Below are positions 23,541-37,300 of a stretch of DNA of 64,000 nucleotides, piece by piece. The notes beneath the pieces are model-generated. The model was given only the letters and a program-made list of their open reading frames with translations, had not been told where the DNA came from and made no database searches. This DNA is from Macrostomum lignano. Lineage: Eukaryota. The first letter of the stretch is position 1. Every line of letters begins with the position of its first letter. The translations under genes and the position numbers were made by a program. The DNA lies in contig NIVC01000200.1 in assembly GCA_002269645.1 (NCBI GenBank), positions 310,001-374,000 of the forward strand. Direction: 5' to 3'.

Positions 23541-26500
23541 TCACCAGTTTTCGTGACCGCCGCTGCCGCCACCGCGTGGAAACCCGCCGTACCGAGCGAG
23601 TCTGGGGTCCGCGCCGCTGGGCTGGCGGGACTGCGGCTGAGGCTGCGGCTGCTGCTGGGCTGGCAAAGTGGGCAGCGGAGGCAGAGACGGACCGCCGCCA
23701 CCGCCGCCACCTCCCGCACCTGCGCCACTTCCGCCACCCCCGCTGCCGCCGAAGAGCGAGTCGAGAGCCTTTTGAATCTGGCCAATATTTGGCTGGGGAG
23801 GCTGCTGCTTGGACTGATGAGGCTGAGGCTGCTGGCCAGCCGCACCAGCCGCTGCTGGATTCAATAAGCTGAGAATTTTTGCCTGCAAGTCGGCTTGCTG
23901 CTGCAGAATGCTGGCTGCTGCGGCTGCTGGGGCTGCCGGCTGCTTCTGCTGCTCCGGCGTTCTCTGAGGCGCTTGATGGTGGGGCTGATGAGGATGCTGA
24001 GGCTGCTGAGGATGCTGAGGCGGCAGAGGCTGATTAGGCTGCTGATGATGCTGAGGCTGCTGAGCCTGCTGTAAATGCTGGAGATGCTGCGGATGCTGAG
24101 GCTGCTGGCTTTGATGAGGCGGAATATTGGGATTGGGACGATTATGCTGCTGCATCATTATGGGAGGATGCTGAGCCGGCTGCTGCTGATGATGCTGCGG
24201 TGGATTTTGAGGAAGCTGGCCGATGGATTGGTTTGACGCAACTGAGACTGGGGCGCCCGATTGATGATGGCTGGAGTCTGGAATGAAGTGTGGGAAACGA
24301 ATTTGAGACCATGCCCAAGTTGATGGCGGATTTGAGACCATGCTCAAGTTGATGGCGGATTTGAGACCATGCTCAAGTTGATGGCGGATTTGAGACCATG
24401 CTTAAGGAGATGGCGGATTTGAGACCATGCTCAAGGGGATGGCGGATTTAAGACCATGCTCAAGGAGATGGCGGATTTGAGACCATGCTCAAGGGGATGG
24501 CGGATTTGAGACCATGCTCAAGGAGATGGCGGATTTGAGACCATGCTCAAGGAGATGGCGGATTTGAGACCATGCTCAAGGAGATGGCGGATTTGAGACC
24601 ATGCTCAAGGATATGGCGGATTTGAGACAATGCTCAAGGAGATGGCGGATTTGAGACCATGCTCAAGGAGATGGCGGATTTGAGACCATGCTCAAGGGGA
24701 TGGCGGATTTGAGACCATGCTCAAGGCGATGGTGGATTTAATTTGTGAAGTTCAAAAGCTGCTTTCACGGGCAGCTCATTAACCTTCGTGAGCAGCCCAT
24801 GTCGGTGAGCTGAGCACCCAACTCACAGCTCTTATCCTGCACGGAGCTGGCAGAAGCCGCCGCCAGCCGCTCCCGCCTGTCCGAAATGAACTCGGCCAGC
24901 TCGTCCAGCTCCCGGCCGCTGAGCATCCGATGATCGGCCAGCAGGTGCAGCAGGTGCATCAGCCGAGGCGTCGGCCGCACGAAACCCGCCGGCAGCCGCT
25001 CGTTGCCGGTTGGTACCGCCACCGAAGCCGGAGGCGGCAGCTCGCGAAGGTCGCGAAGCACCGTCTCGAAATGACGGCCCAGCATGGACTGGGCGTCGTC
25101 TATGGGCATGTTGCGGTGCTCTGCGGGGGGGGGGGGTGACGAGTCTTCGAGATGGCAGCTCGATTTCGGGGCTCTCTGGCTCTTCCCGCTGTCTGCCTGT
25201 CTCTTCCCGCTGTCTACCTGTCTCTTCTCGCTGTCTACCTGTCTCTTCCCGCTGTCTACCTGTCTCTTCCCGCTGTCTACCTGTCTCTTCTTACTGTCTA
25301 CCTGTCTCTTCCCGCTGTCTACCTGTCTCTTGCCGCTGTCTACCTGTCTCTTTCCGCTGTCTACCTGTCTTTTGCTGCTGTCTACCTGTCTCTTTCCACT
25401 GTCTACCTGTCTGTTGACGCTGTCTACCTGTCTCTTGCTGCTGTCTACCTGTCTCTTTTCTGCTGTGTACCTGTCTCTTCTCACTGTCTACCTGTCTCTT
25501 TTTCTTTTATCTACCTGTCTCTTTTACTCTTTATCTCCTAATTCTCTCTTTACGTCTCAATTGGACTACTACTAGTCGAACCCATCTCTAAACTCACCAA
25601 AGGGCTGCTGGCCATAGAAGATTCTAACAGTACACGATTGGTGCATCTCATTCTGCCGATTCAACAGCACAGCGTAGAGCACGCCAGTCCTGGCCAGATC
25701 CTCCATAGCCAACGGCATTAGCGATTCGTGTTTGAGCACGATTAGATTAGTGCTCAGGGAGAGCCGGTTTAACCGGCGTTCGACACTTTCAGCATAGGGC
25801 CTGTGGCGTGGTGTTGAATGAAAACTGTCGTAGTATCGCATCATTTACACGTATTAACTAGTTTCAATGGTCAGCTGGAGGTGGCATAGACTAGCGCTAA
25901 GGTAACGCATCTAGCTCGGGAGAAGCTGTAGACCAGTGGTCTGGCGCGGCACTTTAATGTACCAGCGGCCCAGGCTCGATTCCAAGTGCAGTCACATTAT
26001 TTGGGGCGAAATTGGAATCTCGGCTTGGCTCTGCTCGTGCAAATTATCGCCTTTGAGGGCCAACCCTAAGGCACAGTGAAGTGTACATGCCTAACGATCA
26101 ATAAAGTTCGGGCTGCTGTACACTCCTGTGAGTGTGTGCCTGCTATACTTAAACTAAACAGACTGCCGATATGTATCGTAATGAACTTTATTAAGGGAGA
26201 ATGATTGTCACGCAAGCAGCAAGGAAATTGATTTTTATTTTAGCAGTAACACTTTTTTCTCATTTAGGTAAGAGAGAGAAAGTAATTAACACATCGGTGG
26301 AAATTGTCACGAAATCAAAACTCAGGTAGTTCTTTCTGCACTTTTACTTTTTGGTATATTTCGTGACAATATGCCGATTGCGTCCAATTCAGCTTCGTGA
26401 ACTTAAAATTTAAATCAAACATCTATCATATTCTCCTACATAAGAGCCGTGAAAAGCTATAAGACAACGCTCGTATCTACGAATAAAAAACAATATAGTA

Positions 26501-28222
26501 TAACATCTACTATCAAGACACATTTCACTCCACACATTTCTACTGTCAAGGACACATTGAGACACATTTCTACTGTCAAGGACACATTGAGACACAATTC
26601 TACTGTCAAGGACACATTGAGACACATTTCTACTGTCAAGGACACATTGAGACACATTTCTACTGTCAAGGACACATTGAGACACATTTCTACTGTCAAG
26701 GACACATTGAGACACATTTCTACTGTCAAGGACACATTGAGAAACATTTCTACTGTCAAGGACACATTGAGACACATTTCTACTATCAAGACACATTTCA
26801 CTCCACACATTTCTACTGTCAAGGACACATTGAGACACATTTCTACTGTCAAGGACACATTGAGACACAATTCTACTGTCAAGGACACATTGAGACACAT
26901 TTCTACTGTCAAGGACACATTGAGACACATTTCTACTGTCAAGGACACATTGAGACACATTTCTACTGTCAAGGACACATTGAGAAACATTTCTACTGTC
27001 AAGGACACATTGAGACACATTTCTACTATCAAGACACATTTCACTCCACACATTTCTACTGTCAAGGACACATTGAGACACATTTCTACTGTCAAGGACA
27101 CATTGAGACACATTTCTACTGTCAAGGACACATTGAGACACATTTCTACTGTCAAGGACACATTGAGAAACATTTCTACTGTCAAGGACACATTGAGACA
27201 CATTTCTACTGTCAATGACACATTGAGACACATTTCTACTGTCAAGGACACATTGAGACACATTTCTACTGTCAATGACACATTGAGACACATTTCTACT
27301 GTCAATGACACATTGAGACACATTTCTACTGTCAAGGACACATTGAGACACATTTCTACTGTCAAGGACACATTGAGACACATTTCTACTGTCAAGGACA
27401 CATTGAGACACATTTCTACTGTCAAGGACACATTGAGACACATTTCTACTGTCAAGGACACATTGAGACACATTTCTACTGTCAAGGACACATTGAGACA
27501 CATTTCTACTGTCGATAAGGACATAAACGTAGATTCTACATCAGAAACACATTTTTATACTATTAGACAAGTCCTTTTAAAACCATTTAAAACCAGGACT
27601 TAATTGAGAAAAGACACACCTGGACAATATCAAAGACCTTTAAGACAGACTCATACACGAATTAAACATAAACCTACCGAACTTCAGTTGACGAGGCGAT
27701 TACAGCAGCGTCATACGCTCGCTCAGTTGGATGCAACGGCGGATGACGCTGCAAAGGCACCTGATGCTGACTCTGATTGGATTGATGAGGCGTCGATTCT
27801 GGTGCAGGTTGCTGCTGCTGCGGGAAACTCGGTGGCACCATGGATGAGCCGATCGCCTGATGAACAGCTGCACCGACGCTGCTTCTCTCGTCGCGGTCTC
27901 GGTCGCGATTGAACGAAGGGCCGCGTCTGCCTCCTCTGTCCCTGTCACGGTCTCGATCTCTGCTGTCTCGAGACCTCTCTCGATCTCTGCCTCTATCCCG
28001 GTCCCTGTCTCTATCTCTATCCCTATCCCTGTCTCGATCCCGATCTCGACTGGCTCGACGCCGAGACGGCGGACTGCGACTTCTGTCGCGACTTCTACTG
28101 TAGCTGCCGCTGCCGCTTCTACCGGTAGCGCCGCGGCCGCCGTTCTGAGATTGCGATTGCGACCCCGGCTGCTGCAGAGCCTGCTGCTGTTCCTGCTGTT
28201 GCTGCTTCTGGTTTGTAGCCAT
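23541..28222 (-). CDS. NCOA5: Nuclear receptor coactivator 5 homologue; exons 28222-27678, 25800-25598, 25120-24827, 24277-23541; ~592 aa
   Basis: RD-dipeptide N-terminus. YAESVERR...HQSCTVRIFYGQQPFEHRNMP matches the NCOA5 anticodon-binding-like domain, and QQQADLQAKILSLLN matches its C-terminal motif. All GT-AG junctions keep frame (545+203+294+737 nt). Confidence 0.85.
24300..24738. repeat. 29-bp minisatellite in NCOA5 intron 3
   Basis: ggcggatttgagaccatgctcaaggagat units; only remnants in unit A. Confidence 0.9.
25188..25525. repeat. 21-bp minisatellite in NCOA5 intron 2
   Basis: ctgtctacctgtctcttcccg units. Confidence 0.9.
25922..26182 (+). mobile_element. tRNA-derived SINE, copy 2
   Basis: Same A/B boxes and body (cagtgaagtgtacatgcctaacgat). 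Confidence 0.7.
26500..27515. repeat. 30-bp minisatellite with higher-order structure in NCOA5 intron 1
   Basis: ttctactgtcaaggacacattgagacacat units; the long ORFs here are repeat artefacts. Confidence 0.93.
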
Positions 28223-29389
28223 TTAAATTGACTTTGTTTTGGCTCAAACTCTACACTTTAGGAATAAAAATACTAGTCTGTATTTTTAGTATTCAGTTTG
28301 TGTTATTTTCTTGCTGGAAAATGTTTGCGCAGATAATAATAATGAAACATAGAAATGATTAGCGGAATTAATAGTGATCTATTGCTGTCTGATTTGCTTC
28401 TATACAATGTTGCCCGTGTGCTAGGTGAAATCCTCTTGTTGCTATGGTAATTTTTTCTATTGCTGCTAAGCTAAATTCTTGAGGTTGCTAAGCAGGATAC
28501 TCTTAACTTCAAAATGGTTGCTATGTGAATTGACCCTGTTGCTATGGTAAATCATCCAGTTGCTATGCAAAATAATCGCGTTGCTATAGTTAATCATCCG
28601 GTTGCTATGCAAAATAATCCCGTTGCTAAAGTAAATCATACCGTTGCTGTGCAACATCCTCGCGTTGCTATGCTATATAATCTGGTTGCTATGCAAAATA
28701 CTTCAGTTGCTATAAATCATAACGTTGCTATGATAAAGCATCGAGTTGCTATGGAAAATACTCCCATTAAATCGTTAAATCGAGTAGAGGTTACATGCAA
28801 AATTATCTCGTTGCTATGAAGTTGCCAAGGAAAAAACTGTTATAAAGTAGCTTACTCCCAAGCCCAGCCACTCTCGAATTGGAAACAGTTTCCACTTTTT
28901 CGATGCTCTCAAGAAGACAGACAAAAAAACGATCGATAATCTTCGCTTGAGCTCCCCCAAGTTTCCTATCTTGAGAAGAGACACAATTTCATACGCTTGC
29001 TAAGTAAGGATTTGCTGAATTGCAAATAGCCAAATAGGTATATATTAAGCTTCCTCTTGGCCAAGTTCGTCCAAGACTTTCCATTCCCCTCTCCTGTCTC
29101 CAGATGAAAGTTGGCACTAAGAGCCATGCGAAAGTCTCTTTTACTACTGGCACCCAACCCCAACGAGCCACTCTAAGAGATGCTTAAAAAATAGAGACCT
29201 GTCTTTACTTTCTCTCTTCCATCATCCATCCACAGAATTTCTAATTTCAACTCGCTCGCACACGCATGCGGACAGCTAAATTACAGAGCCTAAATTACAG
29301 GCAGACTTTGGTGTAACTAATAGTAATTTAAAAAACTTCTCTGCGTCATTAAACTGTTTGACAATGAATCTAGACTCTAAAATTGAATG

Positions 29390-29455
29390 AGAGACAGACA
29401 GACACAGACACAGACAGACAGAGAGAGACACAGACAGACACAGACAAAGACAGAC

Positions 29456-29486
<31 letters not shown>

Positions 29487-29690
29487 CAGACACAGACAGA
29501 CAGACACAGACACAGACAGACAGAGAGAGACACAGACAGACACAGACAAAGACAGACAGAGAGAGAGAGAGACGGACAGACAAACAGACACAGACAGAAA
29601 GACAGACAGATGGACGGACAGACAGATGGACACAGGCACAGACAGACAGACGGACAGACAGACAGACAGACGGACACAGGCACACAGACA
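29390..29690. repeat. GACA/GA compound microsatellite
   Basis: Direct inspection. Confidence 0.9.
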
Positions 29691-30554
29691 ATAGGCCCTA
29701 CTTCTCCTTAAAACTGTAAACCCCAAAAGTAGACATAAGAACAGAGACACAGTCATAATGCACATATAACTACATAATTATGTGTATATCAATATTAATA
29801 TTATAAGCTTCACAAAACAATTGCGCTGCTGTAAAACCAGGTTGAAGAAAAATAGGAGAGCAACTTTCACAAGTGACGCGTTCTCTAAGTGTGACGGCTA
29901 TAAATATGAATAATAATCTTATATAAAAATATTATATTAGAATCAAGTTATTAGTAATAATAATTATGTTAGTATACTATTAGCAGTAGAAAAAAACTGC
30001 AAAAGTTGTCGCTAAGTGCACAGAATGGAGCAGCGAAAAATGCCATTGATAACACTAAATGATTTATTATAGATTATATACAATAATACAAGCATTAGAG
30101 GTTGATGTACTTATTAAATGATGCCAGTTCTGCATTATATTATACCACTATTCATATTAGTAAGGTTCCAATGAAAAGCAAAATAAGCATAAATCGACAC
30201 TGAATCAACAGATCAATAAAATAGATGACAACTTGATTGATTAATTGATTGATAAACAGCAAAGCTAAGCTTTGTATGAAAAATAACTATGGAAAAATAT
30301 GGTTTGCATATTAAAGAACTGACTGTAAAAATACCTGTCGATACTGTAACATAACACAGGTAAACTTTCTTGATAGCCACATCCGATGTTGAAACAGAAT
30401 TAACACAACAATTAACAAATATTATATGAAACAAAAATCGTTGCAAAATTTAACTAGAAAGCTTCTGTAGCTTTTCTTCGTTGATTAAACTTTAAAAACA
30501 CAAAGCTTTAAATATCTGAGGTCAAAGCGACGCTATAGAAAGATAAAAAACTTC

Positions 30555-32838
30555 AGAATGGAAGATGATAAACTTCATGGAAGAAGAGGATAAACCTTAG
30601 AAATGGGGAGGACAAACTTCAGGGAGGGAGAGGATAAACTTCCAGAGAGGGAGACAGGACAAACTTCAGAGAGGGAGAGAGGATAAACTTCAGAGAGGGA
30701 GAGAGGATAAACTTCAGAGAGGGAGAGGATAAACTTCAGAGAGGGAGAGAGGATAAACTTCAGGGAGGGAGAGGATAAACTTCCAGAGAGGGAGACAGGA
30801 CAAACTTCAGAGAGGGAGAGAGGATAAACTTCAGAGAGGGAGAGAGGATAAACTTCAGAGAGGGAGAGGATAAACTTCAGAGAGGGAGAGAGGATAAACT
30901 TCAGAGAGGGAGAGAGGACAAACTTCAGGGAGGGAGAGGATAAACTTCCAGAGAGGGAGAGAGGATAAACTTCAAAGAGGGAGAGAGGACAAACTTCAGG
31001 GAGGGAGAGGATAAACTTCCAGAGAGGGAGACAGGACAAACTTCAGAGAGGGAGAGAGGATAAACTTCAGAGAGGGAGAGAGGATAAACTTCAGAGAGGG
31101 AGAGAGGACAAACTTCAGAGAGGGAGACAGGACAAACTTCAGGGAGGGAGAGGATAAACTTCCAGAGAGGGAGAGAGGATAAACTTCAGAGAGGGAGAGA
31201 GGACAAACTTCAGGGAGGGAGAGGATAAACTTCCAGAGAGGGAGACAGGACAAACTTCAGAGAGGGAGAGAGGATAAACTTCAGAGAGGGAGAGAGGATA
31301 AACTTCAGAGAGGGAGAGAGGACAAACTTCAGAGAGGGAGACAGGACAAACTTCAGAGAGGGAGAGAGGATAAACTTCAAAGAGGGAGAGAGGATAAACT
31401 TCAGAGAGGGAGAGAGGATAAACTTCAGAGAGGGAGACAGGACAAACTTCAGAGAGGGAGACAGGAAAAACTTCAGAGAGGGAGACAGGACAAACTTCAG
31501 AGAGGAAGACAGGACAAACTTCAGAGAGGGAGACAGGACAAACTTCAGAGAGGGAGACAGGACAAACTTCAGAGAGGGAGACAGGACAAACTTCAGAGAG
31601 GGAGACAGGACAAACTTCAGAGAGGGAGACAGGACAAACTTCAGAGAGGGAGACAGGACAAACTTCAGAGAGGGAGACAGGATAAACTTCAGAGAGGGAG
31701 AGAGGATAAACTTCAGAGAGGGAGACAGGACAAACTTCAGAGAGGGAGAGAGGATAAACTTCAGAGAGGGAGAGAGGACAAACTTCAGAGAGGGAGACAG
31801 GACAAACTTCAGAGAGGGAGACAGGACAAACTTCAGAGAGGGAGAGAGGATAAACTTCAGAGAGGGAGAGGATAAACTTCAGAGAGGGAGAGAGGATAAA
31901 CTTCAGAGAGGGAGAGGACAAACTTCAGAGAGGGAGAGAGGATAAACTTCAGAGAGGGAGAGAGGATAAACTTCAGAGAGGGAGGATAAACTTCAGAGAG
32001 GGAGACAGGACAAACTTCAGAGAGGGAGACAGGACAAACTTCAGAGAGGGAGACAGGAAAAACTTCAGAGAGGGAGACAGGACAAACTTCAGAGAGGAAG
32101 ACAGGACAAACTTCAGAGAGGGAGACAGGACAAACTTCAGAGAGGGAGACAGGACAAACTTCAGAGAGGGAGACAGGACAAACTTCAGAGAGGGAGACAG
32201 GACAAACTTCAGAGAGGGAGACAGGACAAACTTCAGAGAGGGAGACAGGACAAACTTTAGAGAGGGAGACAGGATAAACTTCAGAGAGGGAGAGAGGATA
32301 AACTTCAGAGAGGGAGACAGGACAAACTTCAGAGAGGGAGAGGACAAACTTCAGAGAGGGAGAGAGGATAAACTTCAGAGAGGGAGAGGATAAACTTCAG
32401 AGAGGGAGACAGGACAAACTTCAAAGAGGGAGAGAGGATAAGCTTCAGAGAGGGAGAGGATAAACTTCAGAGAGGGAGAGGACAAACTTCAGAGAGGGAG
32501 AGAGGATAAACTTCAGAGAGGGAGAGAGGACAAACTTCAGAGAGGGAGACAGGAAAAACTTCAGAGAGGGAGAGAGGATAAACTTCAGAGAGGGAGAGAG
32601 GATAAACTTCAGAGAGGGAGAGAGGATAAACTTCAGAGAGGGAGAGAGGATAAACTTCAGAGAGGGAGAGAGGATAAACTTCAGAGAGGGAGAGAGGATA
32701 AACTTCAGAGAGGGAGAGAGGATAAACTTCAGAGAGGGAGAGAGGACAAACTTCAGGGAGGGAGAGAGGACAAACTTCATAGAGGGAGACAGGACAAACT
32801 TCAGAGAGGGAGAGGATAAACTTCAGAAAGGGGATAAA
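30555..32838. repeat. 24-bp purine-rich satellite, ~2.3 kb
   Basis: ggataaacttcagagagggagaga units with variants. Confidence 0.95.
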
Positions 32839-33013
32839 CGTAAGAAAAAGAGGATGAAAAAATGAAAGAAAAACTGAAAAAGCTGAAAAAGATCTATCAA
32901 GCTAACGCACATATTATTACACTTATTCCACAGACAGACATTAACAAAATAGTTAAAACATCCCTTGTGTTATTTTTCTTGCAAACAAAACAAAAAACCT
33001 ATTTTGATTTCTA

Positions 33014-34333
33014 TCAGCGCGTAATTCTAAGCCTGATAGCCGCATAGCCGAGAGCCGCACAGATTAACACGCCAATCGGATTAGACACTAATCTGGCGCT
33101 GGCCGAATGGCATCTAGACGTATCTGAATAGAGGCACTCCCTTTGCTGGCCTCGCATAGCAACCATCTGCGGGCCGTGTACGGAGCCTTCGCCGCGATTG
33201 CGTACAGCGCCGCCAGAATCTGGCTCGCCATCGGGATAAGTCTTGGGCAGCCAGAGATCTGGCGGCGGCGGAGCCCGCGGATCGGGCAATGGTGGGTACA
33301 TGTCGATGATCTGATTGCCGCCCGGCTGCGGCGGTCGCTCACGACGTGGCGGCGGCGGAGGCTCCAGGTCCCCAGACGGTTCGACGTCATTGCCGGGATT
33401 CACTGGCGTCAGCGAAGACGGACGAAAAGGCGGTGGTAAAAGAGTTGGCTTCGAGTCGCCAGACGTTTGTTCGATGATTTTGTTATAATTATTCAAAGAT
33501 CCATTTGTTATTAAAGTTGGCGGCACCCCGTCGCCGGAAGAAAGTATCGTAGGCAGCTTCGGAGGAGGAGGCGGCGGAGCTGATCCGCTCGATGACAAGT
33601 CGAAGTATTGTCGACGAAGGCGTCTCCGCCTTGACAAAGTTAATTCATTTAGAGTCGATAACAGACTCGAGATAGGCAGCGGCCTGCTCAGATAGTAACT
33701 AACCGACGGAGGAGCCGAGCAGGGCACTGCATTGCACTTGTCAAACAGGCTCTGCCAATTGAGCAGACCGCGAAATGAGCTCAAACAGGCGTCGTAACGA
33801 ATAGAATTAGCTTTATCAATCACTCGATCCCAAACTGTAGACAGCTCAAATAGCGGTTTTAAACAGAGCTTTAAATTCGTGGAATTCCAACCGGCATTGA
33901 CAACAGTTTCTGTGCCAGCTTCACCGCGGCAGAGGCTGCAGAATCCGGAGGATTTTAGATGAACAGTGAGACAATCTGAAGGAGCTGCAGCTGCGGCACT
34001 GATAGGCAGCTCTTGTCTGACATAATCCAACTGGCGATAGTATCGTTTAATACGATTATTAGAGCAAGTATTGGAATTAATCACTGTCAGGTGATTGCGC
34101 AACAGATCTGCCAATTGTTTGCGAGCAACCTTAATTAGCGAAGCTTCTAGTTGAGAAGCGCAGCATTCACCGCTACAAATTGGTCCGCTTGGTCCACCTT
34201 TGACGGAGTCTAGGATGCCTAGGCTAGCAAATGCCTGGCTAGCTGGCTTGCAGTCGATCGATGATTTTGCCGACTTTGTTATTGGAGACAGGATGGCCAA
34301 GGTGGTTAAGAAAAGCAACTGGCTAAGCAGCAT
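33014..34333 (-). CDS. Compact single-exon glypican-like proteoglycan (signal peptide, Cys-rich region, SG sites, GPI-like tail)
   Basis: ATG at 34333 (MLLSQLLFLTTLAIL). The IC-x3-CC...E and FCxxCRG...CL...L..VW..VID patterns resemble glypican. Several Ser-Gly motifs and a hydrophobic C-terminus. Confidence 0.6.
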   Translation of the reverse strand: MLLSQLLFLTTLAILSPITKSAKSSIDCKPASQAFASLGILDSVKGGPSGPICSGECCASQLEASLIKVARKQLADLLRNHLTVINSNTCSNNRIKRYYRQLDYVRQELPISAAAAAPSDCLTVHLKSSGFCSLCRGEAGTETVVNAGWNSTNLKLCLKPLFELSTVWDRVIDKANSIRYDACLSSFRGLLNWQSLFDKCNAVPCSAPPSVSYYLSRPLPISSLLSTLNELTLSRRRRLRRQYFDLSSSGSAPPPPPPKLPTILSSGDGVPPTLITNGSLNNYNKIIEQTSGDSKPTLLPPPFRPSSLTPVNPGNDVEPSGDLEPPPPPRRERPPQPGGNQIIDMYPPLPDPRAPPPPDLWLPKTYPDGEPDSGGAVRNRGEGSVHGPQMVAMRGQQRECLYSDTSRCHSASARLVSNPIGVLICAALGYAAIRLRITR

Positions 34334-37300
34334 CTTCGAGTACTGATTGTAGAAGTTTCGTTGTTTCTTTTGTTTGCTTACTGACACTGCAACGTGTTTG
34401 AGAGTTATCAGATATATACTACGTACAGCGTGCTTGTAGCAAAGAATTAGCATTTGAAATAAGAGAGCTAGCCAATAGCTAGAGTCCTACTGCAATAGCA
34501 GCTTTAGGCCAATCCGTACGCTTCTACTTACACTTCTACTTCTACCTAAACCAATAGTAATTAAGGCAATAACAGAGTCAGTTTATGTTGGACTAAATAA
34601 TTATCATTTTATCAAACTAGGGGGGTAAGGCAAATAACATGAAGCATGTTTGAAAATACGAAAAACGCTTAATACTTTCTTCATAATACTCTATATAGCA
34701 TAAGTTGTGTTCACATTACTGGACCAAAAGAAAAATCGACAACTGCCGATGGATTTCAATTTCTTTTTTTTACAGAAACCACAACTCTTTTCACTTTCGC
34801 GTCTTCCTCTCCCAGGGCATAAAAGCTTACTACCTTAGGGATAGACATAGGAAGTAAAACCTCGATGCCATTTATACTTACTTCGCGGGGACAAGGGAAG
34901 GGGGGAAATGTTTTCCCCCTCCCGTCAGAGCGCTTGAAATCACTAGCAAATGTTAGAAAGCAAAGAAAACCAGGCAGTGAAAGTGTGACATAGTGACACG
35001 ATGAACTTTGCTATAGGTTGCATGCACTGTAGTGTTGACTCACTAGCAGTGGAGTTGTTATTGATCGGCTTAGAGATTGTATTTTATTCCACCCCACCCC
35101 ATGCGCGCGTTTGAATCTGTCTGCACCCACCACCTCAGTGCTAAATAAACAGCCTAGCTCTCAAGCGAGCACCTTTTACTCACTCCTGCAATTCCACACT
35201 TCTGCCTCGCTTAACAAAGTTATCACAGAAAGAATTCGCTTGCCGCTATAATAAAGGAACTACAAGTACGATATAATCAAAGCCATATTACTGCACTAAA
35301 AAGTATAGATTCGTGACAGAATAGCAGGACAAAAAAGACAGATTAGCATCGTTGGATGCTAGTTTGTTCAAAACAGAAACGAAAAAAATACAAAAAATCA
35401 TGCAGCATTTTTGTCATTTTGATACAAAAAGGATAAAATAAACGATTAGCTACTTATTAGTAGAGATACAAAGATTTTTTAATAAAAATCCATATAATAT
35501 AGATAAACACTGATTATGAGGCAGAACAATGAATTTTACATATAAATTGAAGACAAATTAAACGAATGCATGTGTATTTGGTACTGTAGAGGGGGTAGAA
35601 GAGCGGGAGAGCCGAGAGGGGAGTAAAGAGAGGAGGGCGGGAAGAGAGGAGTGGAGGAGGGGATCAAGAGAAACGAGAATAGAATATAATCATTGGGTCC
35701 ATGGGCTATACAATCCATCAACTTCAAGAACAGACCAGATTTTATTTTACAATACTAATGTTGTACTGGGTCGAGTGCATAATGCAGAGGTTTTGCAGAC
35801 TTTATGTGTCCTGGGCTTATACTGATTACTCTGTGTACACCTGTATAAGCTCAAGGTGTCATACTCATACCAGGAGTTATGCCAACACTAAGTTAAAAGC
35901 TTAAAATTAAATATGTTTAATAAATCCTAGGCATATAATAAGAAACTACTAATTACCAACTATGTTCTAAGAATTTTTAGAAGTGAAAAAACACTATAAA
36001 AACTTTATGATACCTATAAAATTGCAATAACAGACCTAGAATAACTGTGATGGCTTACTAACTTAGAGATGCTTAAAGAGCTAAAATTGATTTCTCAAAC
36101 CTCTTTAAGAGCATTTAAAACAAATTTTATCAAATTTATATCATGAATAAAGCATTTGAAACCAGATTTAATATATGCTTGTTATGTCATTCAATTTGTC
36201 TGCTAAATAGACCTTATAGGGAAAAGTTGTAAAACTGTGAATGGCATCTGGCACACATTTAAATTTTTTCTGAGATGCAGTGCAGGCATAGGCGTGCAGC
36301 ATAGAAAGGGGCCTAATACCTCTATGAAAGGGGCCTATACACTTGTCATTTATAATGTTTAGAGATTTTCCAAAATTTTTATTTTGAGTTTTTGAAACTT
36401 GGAATTTTCAAGAGCAAATTTTGATTTAGAAAAAAATTATATAGCAAAATTTTGGAAGTGTCTAAAAAAGTGGCTAAAAAGAAATTAATTTCTGCTACAT
36501 ATACATGTTTTTTTTTGTTTTGCATAAGCAGTAAATCAAAATTAAAAAAGTGAGTGTTGGTCATACTAAACTTTGTTTCTCTGAATTTTGACTTTGGAAA
36601 ATTTCAATTTCAGAAAGTAAGCAAATTTTGATTTTGATAGAAAATGCTCTTTTGGTACATCTTTAATAATGCTATAAAGTGCAGTAAAATAATTTGACTC
36701 TTTTCTAAAGTGCGCATCCAGAGGATTGCAACATTTATACCAATGGGGTAAATATATAAAATAGAATATTAGTTTGTTTGCTGATTAAAATTCTCTTTCT
36801 GGAAAAAAAGGTGACAAACAAAAAGCAAAAAGACTAAGAGCTCTAAAATATTTACTATGGATTTTTATTAATAAATTATCATTTAGTAACTTTAAACTAA
36901 ATCAATGTATTATTGGTTGGCTTAAAAGTCTCTGAAACTAATGCTTTTAGAGGTCATTGATAACAACTCACAGCTTTTGATTAGAGAACATAGAAGAAAT
37001 ATTCTTTTCTACAAATATCATATTTGGATTCAAAAAGTAAACTTTTTAAATTTAGTTCTTATAGTATAGCACATTATGAAAATCCTTTTGCAAAATATCT
37101 TATATTGCTTATGACTTAGTTTTCTTAGTTTATAACTTTTATAAACTTGCTTTTTTATTTTTTAATTGCAGCCAAATTCTTATTTATTGCAATTTAGCTC
37201 TAATTCAATTTATATTCCATTTTATAGACTATAATTTTAATGTTTAATTTTTATCTGTTTTATATAGCTTTTATAGGCTTTTATAATAAATAATAATGTA

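Noticed and set aside
26410-27603. Long ORFs of 355-384 aa in three frames (and similar ORFs over other arrays)
   Set aside because: Produced by stop-free tandem repeats inside introns or spacers.
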